From: Mobula hypostoma
Taxonomy: Eukaryota
Direction of reading: 5' to 3'
Assembly: GCF_963921235.1 (NCBI RefSeq)
Contig: NC_086097.1
Span: forward strand, 187,738,001 to 187,802,000
Length of the DNA: 64,000 nucleotides
Below, one piece after another: positions 52,453 to 64,000 of the stretch. The notes under the pieces are model-generated. The model was given only the letters and a program-made list of their open reading frames with translations, was not told the DNA's origin and did no database searches. Numbering within the stretch: position 1 is the first letter of the stretch; the number at the start of each line of letters is the position of its first letter. The position numbers and the translations under genes were made by a program.

Positions 52453-52689
52453 AAAATGTGGGTGCCATATTTTTCTTTGTGCATGAATGGAATCCTTTCT
52501 TGTACAAGGTGGTAAAAGTGGTATTGGTGAGACCCCATTTACAGTACTATGTATGGTTTTAGTCATTGTGTTACAGGAAAGATGCAGTTAAACTGGAAAG
52601 AATGAAGAAAAGATTTATGAGGATGTTGCCAGGACTACAAGGCCTGAGTTCCAGGGAGAAAGTTAGACAGACTAGGTATTTATTTATTT

Positions 52690-53015
52690 ATAACCATATA
52701 ACAATTACAGCACGGAAACAGGCCATCTCGGCCCTTCTAGTCAGTGCCAAATGCTTACTCTCACATAGTCTCATCTACCTGCACTCAGCCCATAACCCTC
52801 CATTCCTTTCCTGTCCATATACCTATCCAATTTTTTTTTTAATGACAAAATCGAACCTGCCTCTACCGCTTCTACTGGAAGCTCGTCCCACACAGCTACC
52901 ACTCTCTGAGTTAAGAAGTTCCCCCTCGTGTTACCCTTAAACTTTTGCCCCTTAACTGTCAACTCATGTCCTCTTGTTTGAATCTCCACTACTCTCAATG
53001 GAAAAAGCATATCCA
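52690..53015 (-). mobile_element. Young CR1 3' fragment nested in an older + strand CR1 piece (52566-52685 / 53400-53480)
   Basis: Reads GNFLTQRVVAVWDELPVEAVEAGSILSLKKKLDRYMD. Confidence 0.85.
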
Positions 53016-53083
53016 CGTAGTGGTTAATACTAGGGGCCATTCAGGAGTTCAAAGTTCAATTCTGGTGCCATACTGTGAGGAAA

Positions 53084-53385
53084 TTTATTGTTTGATTAAT
53101 TGATTGATTGAGATAAAGCATGGAATAGACCTTTCCGGCCCTTCGAGTCACACCTCGCAGCAACCCCTGATTTAATTCCAGCCTAATCATGGGACAATTT
53201 ACAATGACCAATTAACCTACTAACTGGTACATCTTTGGGCTGTGGGAGGAAAATGGAGCACCCGGAGGAAACCCACGTGGTTTTGGGGAGGACGTACAAA
53301 CCCTTATAGACAGCAGCAGGAATTGAACCCGAGTCACTGGTATCGTAAAGTGTTCTGCTAATCACTATGCTACCATACGACCCCA
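53084..53385 (-). mobile_element. V-SINE
   Basis: V-domain GTGGGTTTCCTCCGGGTGCTCCATTTTCCTCCCACAGCCCAAAGA and a tRNA head. Confidence 0.85.
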
Positions 53386-54620
53386 TGGTAATATATTGAT
53401 TGGAATTTATTCTTTGTAGCATAGGAAAATGTATGGCGACTTTGTACGAATGCTTAAAATTATGAGAGGTATTGATTGGTATGAGAGGTGTTATATCTAA
53501 ATGCGCGTAGTGTAAGAAATAAGGTGGATGATCTTGTTGCAATGTTAAGGATTGCCAGGTACAATGAAGTGGCCATCAGTGAGTCATGGCTAAAGTAGGG
53601 TTGTAGTTGGGAGCTGAATGTCCAAGGTTACACATTATATCAGAGGGATTAGAAGGTAGGCAGAGGGGGTAGTGTGCTCTACTGGTAAAGAATGGCATCA
53701 AATCAGTAGAAAGATGTGACATAGGATCGGAAGATGTTGATTCCTTGTGGGTTGAGTTTAAAGACTGCAAGGGTAAAAGGACATTGATGGCAGTTATATA
53801 CAGGCCTCCCAACAGTGACTGGGAAGTGGAACACAGGATACAACAGGAAGTAGAAAAGGCAAGTCAAAAAGGCAATGTTATGGTAGTCATGGGAGATTTT
53901 AACATGCAGATCGATTGGGAAAATCAGGTTGATAATGGATCTCAAAAGAGTGAGTTTGTTGAATGCTTAAGAGGTGGCTTTTTAGAGCAGTTTGTCATTG
54001 AGCCTATGAGGGGGTGAGCTGTACTGGATTGGGTGTTAAGTAATGAACCAGAGACGATTAGGGAGCTTAAGGTAAGAGAACCCTTAGGAACCAGTGATCA
54101 CAATATAATTGTGTTCAAATTGAAATTTGATAGGAAGAATGTAAAATCTGATGTAGCAATATTTCAATGGAGTAAGGGAAATTACAGTAGTATGAGAGAG
54201 GATTTAGCCAAAGTAAATTGGAAGGAGCTGCTGGCAGGGACGTCAACAGAGCAACAACGGTGTGCATTTCTGGGAAAGATGAGGAAGGTGCAGGACATGT
54301 ATATTCCAAAAATGAAGAAATACTCAATTTTCAGTCGAAGCAAGCAGCTGAGAAGGAGTGAAGAAATCGGGTAGAAAAAGTCGTTTTTTTTTTAAACACT
54401 GCTCGGGGAGAAGGGTCTGCACTGAGCAGGCGCGTGACGTAGCGCGCCAAGGTTTAAAAAGCAGACCACCATATACAGCGGCCATCATTCTAGCGGCCAT
54501 CGTCGGAGTGGACTGAGTCAGAGTGGGATGGCTTTGGCTCAAACAGGCTTCGGCGAGAACAGGCAGAGGCCAGGGTAGGTTCCAGTAAGTTTTTTGTTCA
54601 GATTGTTTAGTGCAGTGAGA

Positions 54621-55545
54621 ATGCCAGGCAGGATGTTGGAATGCTCCTCTTGCATGATGTGGGAAGTCAGGGAGCTCTCCGGTGTCCCTGACAACAACAC
54701 CTGCAAGAGGTGCATCCAGCTGCAGCTCCTGACAAACCTCGTTAGGGAACTGGAGCAGGAGCTGGATGACCTGCGGATCATTCCGGAGAATGAGGAGATT
54801 ATAGATAGTAGCTACAGGGAGGTAGTTACGCCAAAGGAGCAGAGGACAGGAAATTGGGTCACTGTCAGGCGAGGGAAGAGGAAAGGGCAGGCAGAGCAGG
54901 GTTCCCCTGTGGCCATTCCCCTCAACAACAAGTATACCACATTGGATACTGTTGGGGAGGATGACTTACCTGGGACTAGCTGCAGTAGCCAGATCTCTGG
55001 CACTGAGTCTGGCTCTGCAGTGCAGAAGGGAGGGGAGAAAAAGAGGAGAGCGGTAGTGATAGGGGACTCGATAGTTAGAGGTGCAGATAGAAGGTTCTGT
55101 GGTCGTGACAGAGAATCCAGGATGGTTTGTTGCCTCCCAGGTGCCAGGGTCAAGGATGTCTCTGATCGATTGCATGACATTCTGGAGTGAGAGGGTGACC
55201 AGCCAGATGTCGTGGTGCACATCGGTACCAATGACATAGCAAGGAAGGGTGAAGAGGTCCTGGACAGTGAGTATAGAGAGCTTGGTAGGAAGTTGAAAAG
55301 CAGGACCTCAAGGGAGGTAATCTCAGGATTGCTACCTGTGCTAGGTGCCAGTGAGGGTAGGAATAAGATGCTCTGGAGGAGGAACAAGTGGCTGAGGAAC
55401 TGGTGTAGGGGGCAGGGTTTCAGATTTCAGGATCATTGGGACCTCTTCTGGGGCAGGTGGGACCTGTACAAGAGAGACGGGTTACACTTGAACCAATATC
55501 CTTTCAGGGAGGTTTATTAGTGCTATTGGGGAGGCTTTAAACTAG
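54621..55545 (+). pseudogene. CR1 ORF1: zinc finger/leucine zipper and SGNH esterase; premature stop and small deletion
   Basis: CSSCMMW...CKRCIQLQLL...; VIGDSIVR, LPGARV, HIGTND, RDGLHLN. TGA at 55188-55190 and a frameshift near 55495. Confidence 0.9.
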
Positions 55546-55667
55546 ATTTGCAGGGGGATGGGAACCAGAGTGCCAGAGCTGACAGTGTGCCTGGGGTGAA
55601 AATAAATGATGTTGAAAGTTTAAGCAAATCCGCTGATAGAAAGGTTGTGAGTGGTGGTAAAAATCTT

Positions 55668-58475
55668 CTGAGGTGTATATATTTCAATGCTAGGAGTATT
55701 GCGGGGAAGGTGGATGAGTTGAGGGCATGGATTGACACGTGGAATTATGATGTTGTAGCAATTAGTGGAAACTTGGCTGCAGGAGGGGCAGGACTGGCAG
55801 CTTAATATTCCAGGGTTCCGATGTTTCAGATGTGATTGAGGCAGAGGAATGAAAGGTGGGGGAGTAGCATTGCTTGTTAGGGAAAATATTACAGCAGTGC
55901 TCAGGAAGGACAGATTAGAGGGCTTGTCTACTGAGTCCTTATGGGTGGAGCTGAGAAACAGGAAAGGTATGGCCACATTAGTGGGATTGTATTACAGACC
56001 ACCCAATAGTCAACGAGACTTGGAAGAGCAAATCTGCAGAGAGATAGCAGGCAACTGCAGGAAACATAAAGTTGTGGTGGCAGGGGATTTTAATTTTCCA
56101 TACATTGATTGGGACTACCATACTGTTAGGGGTCTAGATGGTTTAGAGTTTGTAAAATGTGTTCAGGAAAGTTTTCTAAATCAATATATAGAGGGACCAA
56201 CTAGAGGGGATGCAATATTGGATCTCCTGTTAGGAAACGAATTAGGGCAAGTGACAGAAGCCTGTGTAGGGGAGCACTTTGGTTCCAGTGATCATAACAC
56301 CATTAGTTTCAATTTGATCATGGACAAGGATAGATCTGGTCCTAGGGTTGAGGTTCTGAACTGGAAGAAGGCCAAATTTGAAGAAATGAGAAAGGATCTA
56401 AAAAGCGTGGATTGGGACAGGTTGTTCTCTGGCAAAGATGTGATTGGTAGGTGGGAAGCCTTCAAAGGGGAAATTTTGAGAGTGCAGAGTTTGTATGTTC
56501 CTGTCAGGATTAAAGGCAAATTGAATAGGAATAAGGAACCTTGGTTCTCAAGGGATATTGCAACTCTGATAAAGAAGAAAAGGGAGTTGTATGAAATGTA
56601 TAGGAAACAGGGGGTGAAACAGGTGCTTGAGGAGTATAAGAAGTGCAAGAAAATACTTAAGAAAGAAATCAGGAGGGCTAAAAGAAGACATGAGGTTGCC
56701 TTGGCAGTCAAAGTGAAGGATAATCCAAAGAGCTTTTACAAGTATATTAAGAGCAAAAGGATTGTAAGGGATAAAATTGGTCCTCTTGAAGATCAGAGTG
56801 GTCGGCTTTGTGCGGAACCAAAGGAAATGGGGGAGATCTTAAATAGGTTTTTTGTGTCTGTATTTACTAAGGAAGCTGGCATGAAATCTATGGAATTGAG
56901 GGAATCAAGTAGTAAGACCATGGAAACTGTACAGATTGAAAAGGAGGAGGTGCTTGCTGTCTTGAGGAAAATTAAAGTGGATAAATCCCCAGGACCTGAC
57001 AGAGTGTTCCCTCGGACCTTGAAGGAGACTAGTGTTGAAATTGCGGGGGCCCTGGCAGAAATATTTAAAATGTCGCTGTCTACGGGTGAAGTGCCGGAGG
57101 ATTGGAGAGTGCCTCATGTTGTTCCGTTGTTTAAAAAAGGATCGAAAAGTAATCCGGGAAATTATAGGCCGGTGAGTTTAACGTCAGTAGTAGGTAAGTT
57201 ATTGGAGGGAGTACTAAGAGACAGAATCTACAAGCATTTGGATAGACAGGGGCTTATTAGGGAGAGTCAACATGGCTTTGTGCGTGGTAGGTCATGTTTG
57301 ACCAATCTATTGGAGTTTTTCGAGGAGGTTACCAGGAAAGTGGATGAAGGGAAGGCATTGGATATTGTCTACATGGACTTCAGTAAGGCCTTTGACAAGG
57401 TCCCGCATGGGAGGTTAGTTAGGAAAATTCAGTCGCTAGGTATACATGCAGAGGTGGTAAATTGGATTAGACATTGGCTTGATGGAAGAAGCCAGAGAGT
57501 GGTGGTAGAGAATTGTTTCTCTGAGTGGAGGCCTGTGACTAGTGGTGTGCCACAGGGATCAGTGCTGGGTCCATTGTTATTTGTCATCTATATCAATGAT
57601 CTGGATGATAATGTGGTAAATTGGATCAGCAAGTTTGCTGATGATACAAAGATTGGAGGTGCAGTAGACAGTGAGGAAGGTTTTCAGAGCCTGCAGAGGG
57701 ACTTGGACCAGCTGGAAAAATGGGCTGACAAATGGCAGATGGAGTTTAATACTGACAAGTGTGAGGTATTGCACGTTGGAAGGACAAACCAAGGTAGAAC
57801 ATACAGGGTTAATGGTAAGGCACTGACGAGTGCAGTGGAACAGAGGGATCTGGGAATACAGATACAAAATTCCCTAAAAGTGTTGTCACAGGTAGATAGG
57901 GTCGTAAAGAGAGCTTTTGGTACATTGGCCTTTATTAATCGAAGTATTGAGTATAAGAGCTGGAATGTTATGATGAGGTTGTATAAGGCATTGATGAGGC
58001 CGAATCTGGAGTATTGTGTTCAGTTTTGGTCACCAAATTACAGGAAGGATATAAGTAAGGTTGAAAGAGTGCAGAGAAGGTTTACAAGGATGTTGCCGGG
58101 ACTTGAGAAACTCAGTTACAGAGAAAGGTTGAATAGGTTAGGACTTTATTCCCTGGAGCGTAGAAGAATGAGGGGAGATTTGATAGAGGTATATAAAATT
58201 ATGATGGGTATAGATAGAGTGAATTCAAGCAGGCTTTTTCCACTGAGGCAAGGGGAGAAAAAAACCAGAGGACATGGGTTGAGGGTGAGGGGGGAAAAGT
58301 TTAAAGGGAACATTGGGGAGGCTTCTTCACACAGAGAGTGGTGGGAGTATGGAATGAGCTGCCAGACGAGGTGGTAAATGCGGGTTCTTTTTTAACATTT
58401 AAGAATAAATTGGACAGATACATGGATGGGAGGTGTATGGAGGGATATGGTCCGTGTGCAGGTCAGTGGGACTAG
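55668..58475 (+). pseudogene. CR1 ORF2 (APE and RT), three visible lesions
   Basis: Motifs [30 protein letters not shown]. Extra G near 55768, TGA near 55836, frameshift near 58320. Confidence 0.93.
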
Positions 58476-60589
58476 GCAGAAAATGGTTCGGCACAGCCAA
58501 GAAGGGCCAAAGGGCCTGTTTCTGTGCTGTAGTTTCTATGGTTCTATGGCAAAACAGTACAACTGCGGCTGACGAAGGAAGTCAAATCTATTGTAAAAAG
58601 CAAAAGAACGGGCATACAACCAAGCAAAAACTAGTGGGAAGATAGAGGATTGGGAAGTTTTTAAAATCCTACAGAGAACAACTAAAAACTTCATTAGAAG
58701 GGTAAAGATGAAATATGAAAGCAAGCTAGCAAAGAAAAATCAAGGTGGAGAGTAAAAGTTTTTTAAGTATGTTAAAAATAAAAGAGAAATGAGAGTGGAT
58801 ATAGGACCGCTAGAAAACAAGGCAGGACAAATAATAAGGGGGAATATGAGATGGCTGATCAACTAAATGAGTATTTTGCGTCAGTCTTCATTGTGGAAGA
58901 CACTAGCAGTATGCCTGATGTTGTGTGTGAAAGAAGAGAAGTTACTGTTACAAGAGAGAAGGTGCTCAAAAAGCTGAAAGACCTAAAGTTACGTAAGTCA
59001 CCTGGACCAGAGGAACTGCACCCTAGGGGTCTGAAAGAGATAGCATTAGAGATTATGGTAGCATTAGAAATGATCTTTCAAAAACCGTTGGACTCTGGCA
59101 CTGATGCCAGAGGACTGGAAAATTGTAAATGTTACTCCACTCTTTAAGAAAGGAGGAAGGCAGCAGAAAGGAAATTATAGACCAATTAGCCTGACCTCAG
59201 TGGTTGGGAAGATGTGAGAGTCAATTGTTAAGGATGAGGTGATGGAGCTACTTGGTGACACAGGACAAGATAGTACAAAGTCAGGATGGTTTCCCTCAGG
59301 GAAAGTCCTGCCTGATGAACCTGTTGGAATTCTTTGAGGAGATTACAAGTAGGATAGATAAAGGGAATGCAGTGGATGTTGTATATTTGGACTTTCAGAA
59401 GGCCTTTGACAAGCTGCCATACATGAGGCTGCTTACCAAGTTAAGACCCCATGGTATTACAGGAAAGTTACTAATATGGTTAGAGCATTGGCTGGTTGGT
59501 AGGAGGCAGCAAGTGGGAAAAAAAAGGATCCTTTTCTGGTTGGCTGCCAGTGACTAGTTCCGCAGGGATCAGTATTGGGACTACTTCTTTTTATGCTGTA
59601 TATAAATGACTTAGATGATGGAAAAGATGGCTTTGTTGTCAAGTTTGCAGATGATACGAAGACTGGTGGAGGGGCTGGTAGTGTTGGGGAAACAGGTAGG
59701 ATGCAGAAGGACTTAGACAGATTAGGAGAATGAGCAAGAAAGTGGCAAATGAAATACAATGTTGGAAAATGCATAGTCATGCATTTAGGTAGTAGAAACA
59801 AATGTGCAGACTATTTTCTAAATGGGGAGAAAATCCAGGAATCTGAGATGCAGAGGGATCTGGGAGTCCTTGTGCAGAACATCCTAAAGATTAACTTGAA
59901 AGTTGAGACAGTGGTGAGAAAGGCAAATGCCATGTTAGCATTCATTTCGAGAGGTCTACAATACAAGAGCAAGGATGTGATGCTGAGGCTTTATAAGGCA
60001 CTGGTGAGGTCTCACCTTGAGTATCGTGAACATCTTTGGGCCCTTCATCTTAGAAAAGATAAGCTGGCATTGGAGAGGGTCCAGAGGAGGTTCACAAGGT
60101 TGATTCCAGGAATGAAAGGATTATCATATGAGGAACGTTTGTTTGATGGCTCTGGGTCTGTACTCACTGGAATTCAGAAGGATGGGGGGGGGAATCTCAT
60201 TGAAACCCTTTGAATGTTGAAAGACCTAGACAGAGTAGATGTGTAAAGGATGTTTCCCATGGTGGGGGAGTCTAGGACGAGGGCAGAGGCTCAGGATAGA
60301 GGGGCACCCTTTCAAAACAGAGATACGGAGAAATTCCTTTAGCCTAAGGGTGGTGAATTTAGGAATTTGTTGCCACATGCAGCTGTGGAAGTCAGGTCGT
60401 TGGGTGTATTTAAGGAGAGATTGATGAGTTTTTGATTGGACATGGCATCAAATGTTGTGGGGAGAAGGCCAGGAAAGTGGTATCGAGGAGGAGATTGAAA
60501 AAAAGGATCAGCCATGATCGAATGGCAGAGCAGACCCAATGGGTCAGATGGCCTAATTCTGCTCCTATGTCCTATGGACTTATGATAAG

Positions 60590-60905
60590 GTGGATAAAAA
60601 TAGCATTTTCCCCAGGGTAGGGAAGATCAAAACTATGGGGCATAGATTTTGTAGAAATACTTAAAAGGGATTTGAGGGGCAACTTTTTGAAGTGGTGGAT
60701 GATGAGTATATAGAGCAAGCTTCCAGGACATATACTTGAGACAAGTACAATAGTAGCACTTGGATAGATACGTAGAAGATGGGAATTGGAGGGATATGGG
60801 ATGAATGCAGGAAATTGCGACAAGCTGGATAGGCACCATGGTTGGCACAGGCTGGTGAGCTGAAAGGTCTGTAACCAGGTTTACTGCTGTCACTCTATGA
60901 CTGTA
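60590..60905 (+). mobile_element. Old CR1 3' fragment
   Basis: Degenerate CR1 C-terminus and tail ...ctgctgtcactctatgact. Confidence 0.6.
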
Positions 60906-62668
60906 AAAGTAATGGTGTACAAGAATAGCCCTTGCAACTAAGATGTTTCAAAACCTGTGTCAACATTTGAGTTTAAGGTATGGTTACATTCCATTCTATA
61001 TTCTGTATTACAGCTTTAAAGTGCATAACGGATAAATATTTTAGAAAATCCTCTTTCATCACTATCTGAATGAATGAACACACTAATCCCAATGGTCCAC
61101 TTCTGCCATCTGTCTGTAAAAGAAACATTAACTGTGACATGGTTCTTCTCCATTGTACAGTGTAGCTCAGAGATTCAGAATTTTTGAAAGAAATGTCAGA
61201 ATTCTTTTGCTCACAATTATGCATGAGTGATCTGCAGATACTGTGTGGCCAAATCTATTAGGATTATTATTTGATTTGTTTATCTGTATCCTATGTTTAC
61301 AGTCTCGGGAGGCAGTTTGCAAAGCGTGCATAATAAGATAAAAACAGATATAAGAATAGAAAGTACCAAACTGATGTTGTTCAAAAGAATTTGTTCAAAG
61401 AAATGAAGTATTAAAGTTAGTGCCATAAGAGCTACAGGGAAGTATCCAAATGGATTTCCATAGCCACATTATTCTTAACTGCTCCAGAAACCCCTTTAAC
61501 CTCTATGACAGTAATGTCCTTTCTTTGAAATAGCATATTTTCTGTATATTGTGGAATAGAATTAAAAATGTGTCTAGTCATAAAAGGCTTATGGAATACT
61601 TACCTTGATGTCTGATTATTTGTACTTCAAACATTTATTTGTCTGTTTCCTGAAACTACAAAACAATGTACAGAAATCTTATCAAGATTCCACTGGGAAA
61701 ATCACTGATTCACTTCATACATTAACAACTCAGATGATGGATCATAATTCAAAGCAATAGAAATGGGTCTATCCAGTTTCTAGGCATAAGAAGGGAGCAA
61801 AGTCAGCTAAATTAACTGTGCCCAATATATACAACTATTTGTCATTTTGCTGAACTCATATTGAAACGTTTGAAAGTATCCTAGATAGATATGAGATCTT
61901 AACTTCTCACTATGTTTTCCACCTGTGTTGCCAGCTGTAAAAGACTGTGTTTGTATAAGCCATACCCTCATTAACACTTTTATATGTTTGGAGTTCCAGC
62001 AAAGTAATTCATGACTAATATTTTAAGGTTTGCTCACAGACTGAATTTATCATGCATTTATGACTGTATGATTGTTTATTTTAAATTAATACTGACAAAA
62101 TACCAAGCAGAAATATTTGGGTGAGATCTCTAAGCTTCTTGGAGATTACATAAATGTCTAATATACGAATCCATTTTGTAACACATAGACAGCATACTTT
62201 GCAAAGCAATGAATTATTTAGAAGGATGTGTAGTACAAGATTTTCTGCAAGATTAAGTTTTCAGACCCTGTGCATTGGGAAAAGAACTGACATTGGCACA
62301 TTATGTTCTCTTCAGTGCTTCAGAGATAAAAAGTCCATTTTAATTCAGTTAAAGAGGCACTGTCAATTTTATGCTGCCTCATGAGGTCTATAACATTGAA
62401 GAGAAGTGTCTTTCAGATATTACTTGAAGTTCTTACATGCATCAGTAGTTAATAAATAATATTGTTGAAAGAACTAATGAAATTCCTCACTGACTTAAGC
62501 AAGCAACAAAAGTAGACAAAAATCTAACAGAAGCATTTTTGGCATAAATTCATTGGGTGCCTATCAGTCACTGCAAAGCACATCAGCCATATCTTGGTCA
62601 AGCCTGGTATTGCAAAATTCACCACGCAACCAAAGCAAAGAACAATAATTATGCTCGCATGCTATTAA

Positions 62669-62767
62669 ATTTTAAAATGAGACTGACTTCTAGACAATGC
62701 AGAGAATCAGTGTATATAATATACACTGATTCTGTGCATTGTCTAAAAGTCAGCCTCATTTTAAAAT
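62669..62767. repeat. 99 bp near-perfect palindrome (49 bp arms, 3 mismatches, centre 62718)
   Basis: ATTTTAAAATGAGACTGACTTCTAGACAATGCAGAGAATCAGTGTATAT-A-ATATACACTGATTCTGTGCATTGTCTAAAAGTCAGCCTCATTTTAAAAT. Confidence 0.95.
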
Positions 62768-62885
62768 ATATATATATGTGTGTGTGTATATATATATACA
62801 CACACGTGTGTCTGTGTATTGCGGTATACACTATATTATGTTTACGGAGCATTTATTTATTTGTTTGTTTGTTTATTTATTTATG
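62767..62885. repeat. Compound microsatellite (TA)n(TG)n(TA)n(CA)n, then (ATTT/GTTT)n
   Basis: Directly visible. Confidence 0.85.
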
Positions 62886-64000
62886 CACTATTCCAAATAA
62901 AATCATTCAGAATCAACCTACCTCGATATTTAATTAAGTTGGGTATCTGGCCATTGCTTGGCATCATTTCTAAGTCTTTCAAATGGCTAGAACACCACCA
63001 GAATGGGCTGGAGTGGACGGGGGGGGGGAGGAGGGGGGGTAGCAGAGTAGAGAGATGGAAGGGGTGAGAGGGTTGGGGGGGTTAGGGAGAGATGAAGCAG
63101 GTATAGTGGTCCCACTAAAGTCATGGCCCTCACAAATTATTTTTCCCCATAATATTCAGGTGCATCATAAAGCATTCTTGAAAGTAATCATGGTTGATAC
63201 TTTGCCCTTCCTGCTCTTCATATTGTTTGATGCTACTGGGGAATGAGGCAGTTAATGTAGTATTGAATACAATATTAGAATTCTTGAAAAGATATGTGAA
63301 TGCATTTTTGGGAAATCTGTAACAATGCAAAAAAATTGCAAAAGAATTTAAGAACATGGTAAAACTGTTCTATTAATAAAATATTGTTGCTAATGCCATT
63401 TGATTTCTATGTGACAATTAAGTTATTTTCCAATCTTTGTACTCAACTTTAGTGTTTAGAAATGATCTAAAATATTATATGTGAATCTTAATTTTCTGTG
63501 AAAATTAGTGTAAAAATATCTCAGTTAAGTAATCATCAGATTTCCACCTTCCATGACTTCTTACAATAATTAGTGTCATTTTGGATGATAATATATAATT
63601 GTGGAGTAAGTGGGAAAAGTGTAAGTATAAACTGGATTTTTTAATCTATTAGAGAATATTCAATCCACCATTCATTAATGAAGTGGAGAAGGACAAGTAC
63701 ATTTATATAAAACCTATTTCTATATTTTTAAATTTGAGTTGGTCAAAATTAGGAAAAGTTTTTACTGCACTAAAGGGAAGTTTTAATTATATTTACATCA
63801 TTGATGCAACAAATAACACTTTTTACAAAGGTACTAAACAACCAAAGTACCTGTAAATAATAAATCAAAACCAGAAAATATATAAACCCACATCAAGTAC
63901 AATAAAAAGGTAACATAATGTATATAACTGAAATTAGATAGTGTATGAAATCTGAAACAAAAGTCAATCATTTCAAATGTTAAAAGAAAATATAATATAT

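Larger units (their letters stand above)
54328..58549 (+). mobile_element. Near-full-length young CR1 LINE (5' UTR, ORF1, ORF2, tail)
   Basis: GC-rich 5' UTR, ORF1 with esterase domain, 842 aa ORF2 segment, tail TTTCTATGGTTCTATGG. Confidence 0.96.
53485..60580 (+). mobile_element. Older CR1 LINE ORF2 (53485-54327 and 58546-60580), split by a younger CR1
   Basis: APE motifs YRPPNS, MGDFN, SDHN before the break; RT motifs DFQKAFDK, KFADD after it. The reading frame rejoins as KKYS|NGKTVQ. Confidence 0.9.

Noticed and set aside
54812..55387. 191 aa antisense ORF, and similar short ORFs throughout the track
   Set aside because: Shadow ORFs of TE coding strands or random AT-rich ORFs without recognisable domains or splice support.
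55849..58377. 842 aa ORF as a functional host gene or active RT
   Set aside because: It is CR1 ORF2 lacking the endonuclease N-terminus (upstream frameshift and stop) and with a frameshifted C-terminus.

Overview
Eukaryotic (vertebrate) genomic DNA. The repeat content (V-SINEs sharing 3' tails with CR1 LINEs, Rex-Babar LINEs, Penelope termini) suggests a cartilaginous fish, probably a ray; this is inference. The only host-gene sequence I can support is two + strand coding exons of a membrane-type matrix metalloproteinase, most likely MMP16 (MT3-MMP): 23185-23346 (zinc-binding [11 protein letters not shown] and Met-turn) and 24935-25152 (proline-rich hinge and start of the hemopexin domain). 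The rest is intronic and packed with transposable elements. These include a near-full-length CR1 LINE with an SGNH-esterase ORF1 nested in an older CR1, a second young CR1 copy, a 5.6 kb L1-clade LINE with a target-site duplication (TSD), many Rex-Babar, CR1 and RTE fragments, SINEs, a mariner-derived palindromic MITE, Chapaev3-like and hAT relics, a candidate solo LTR, and short Penelope-terminus insertions carrying minimal hammerhead ribozyme motifs. I found no convincing new gene system. The most interesting signals are the hammerhead-bearing mini-insertions, the MITE built from two transposase 3' ends, a 99 bp palindrome and the candidate solo LTR. Family assignments come from motif recognition by eye, and boundaries of decayed fragments are approximate.
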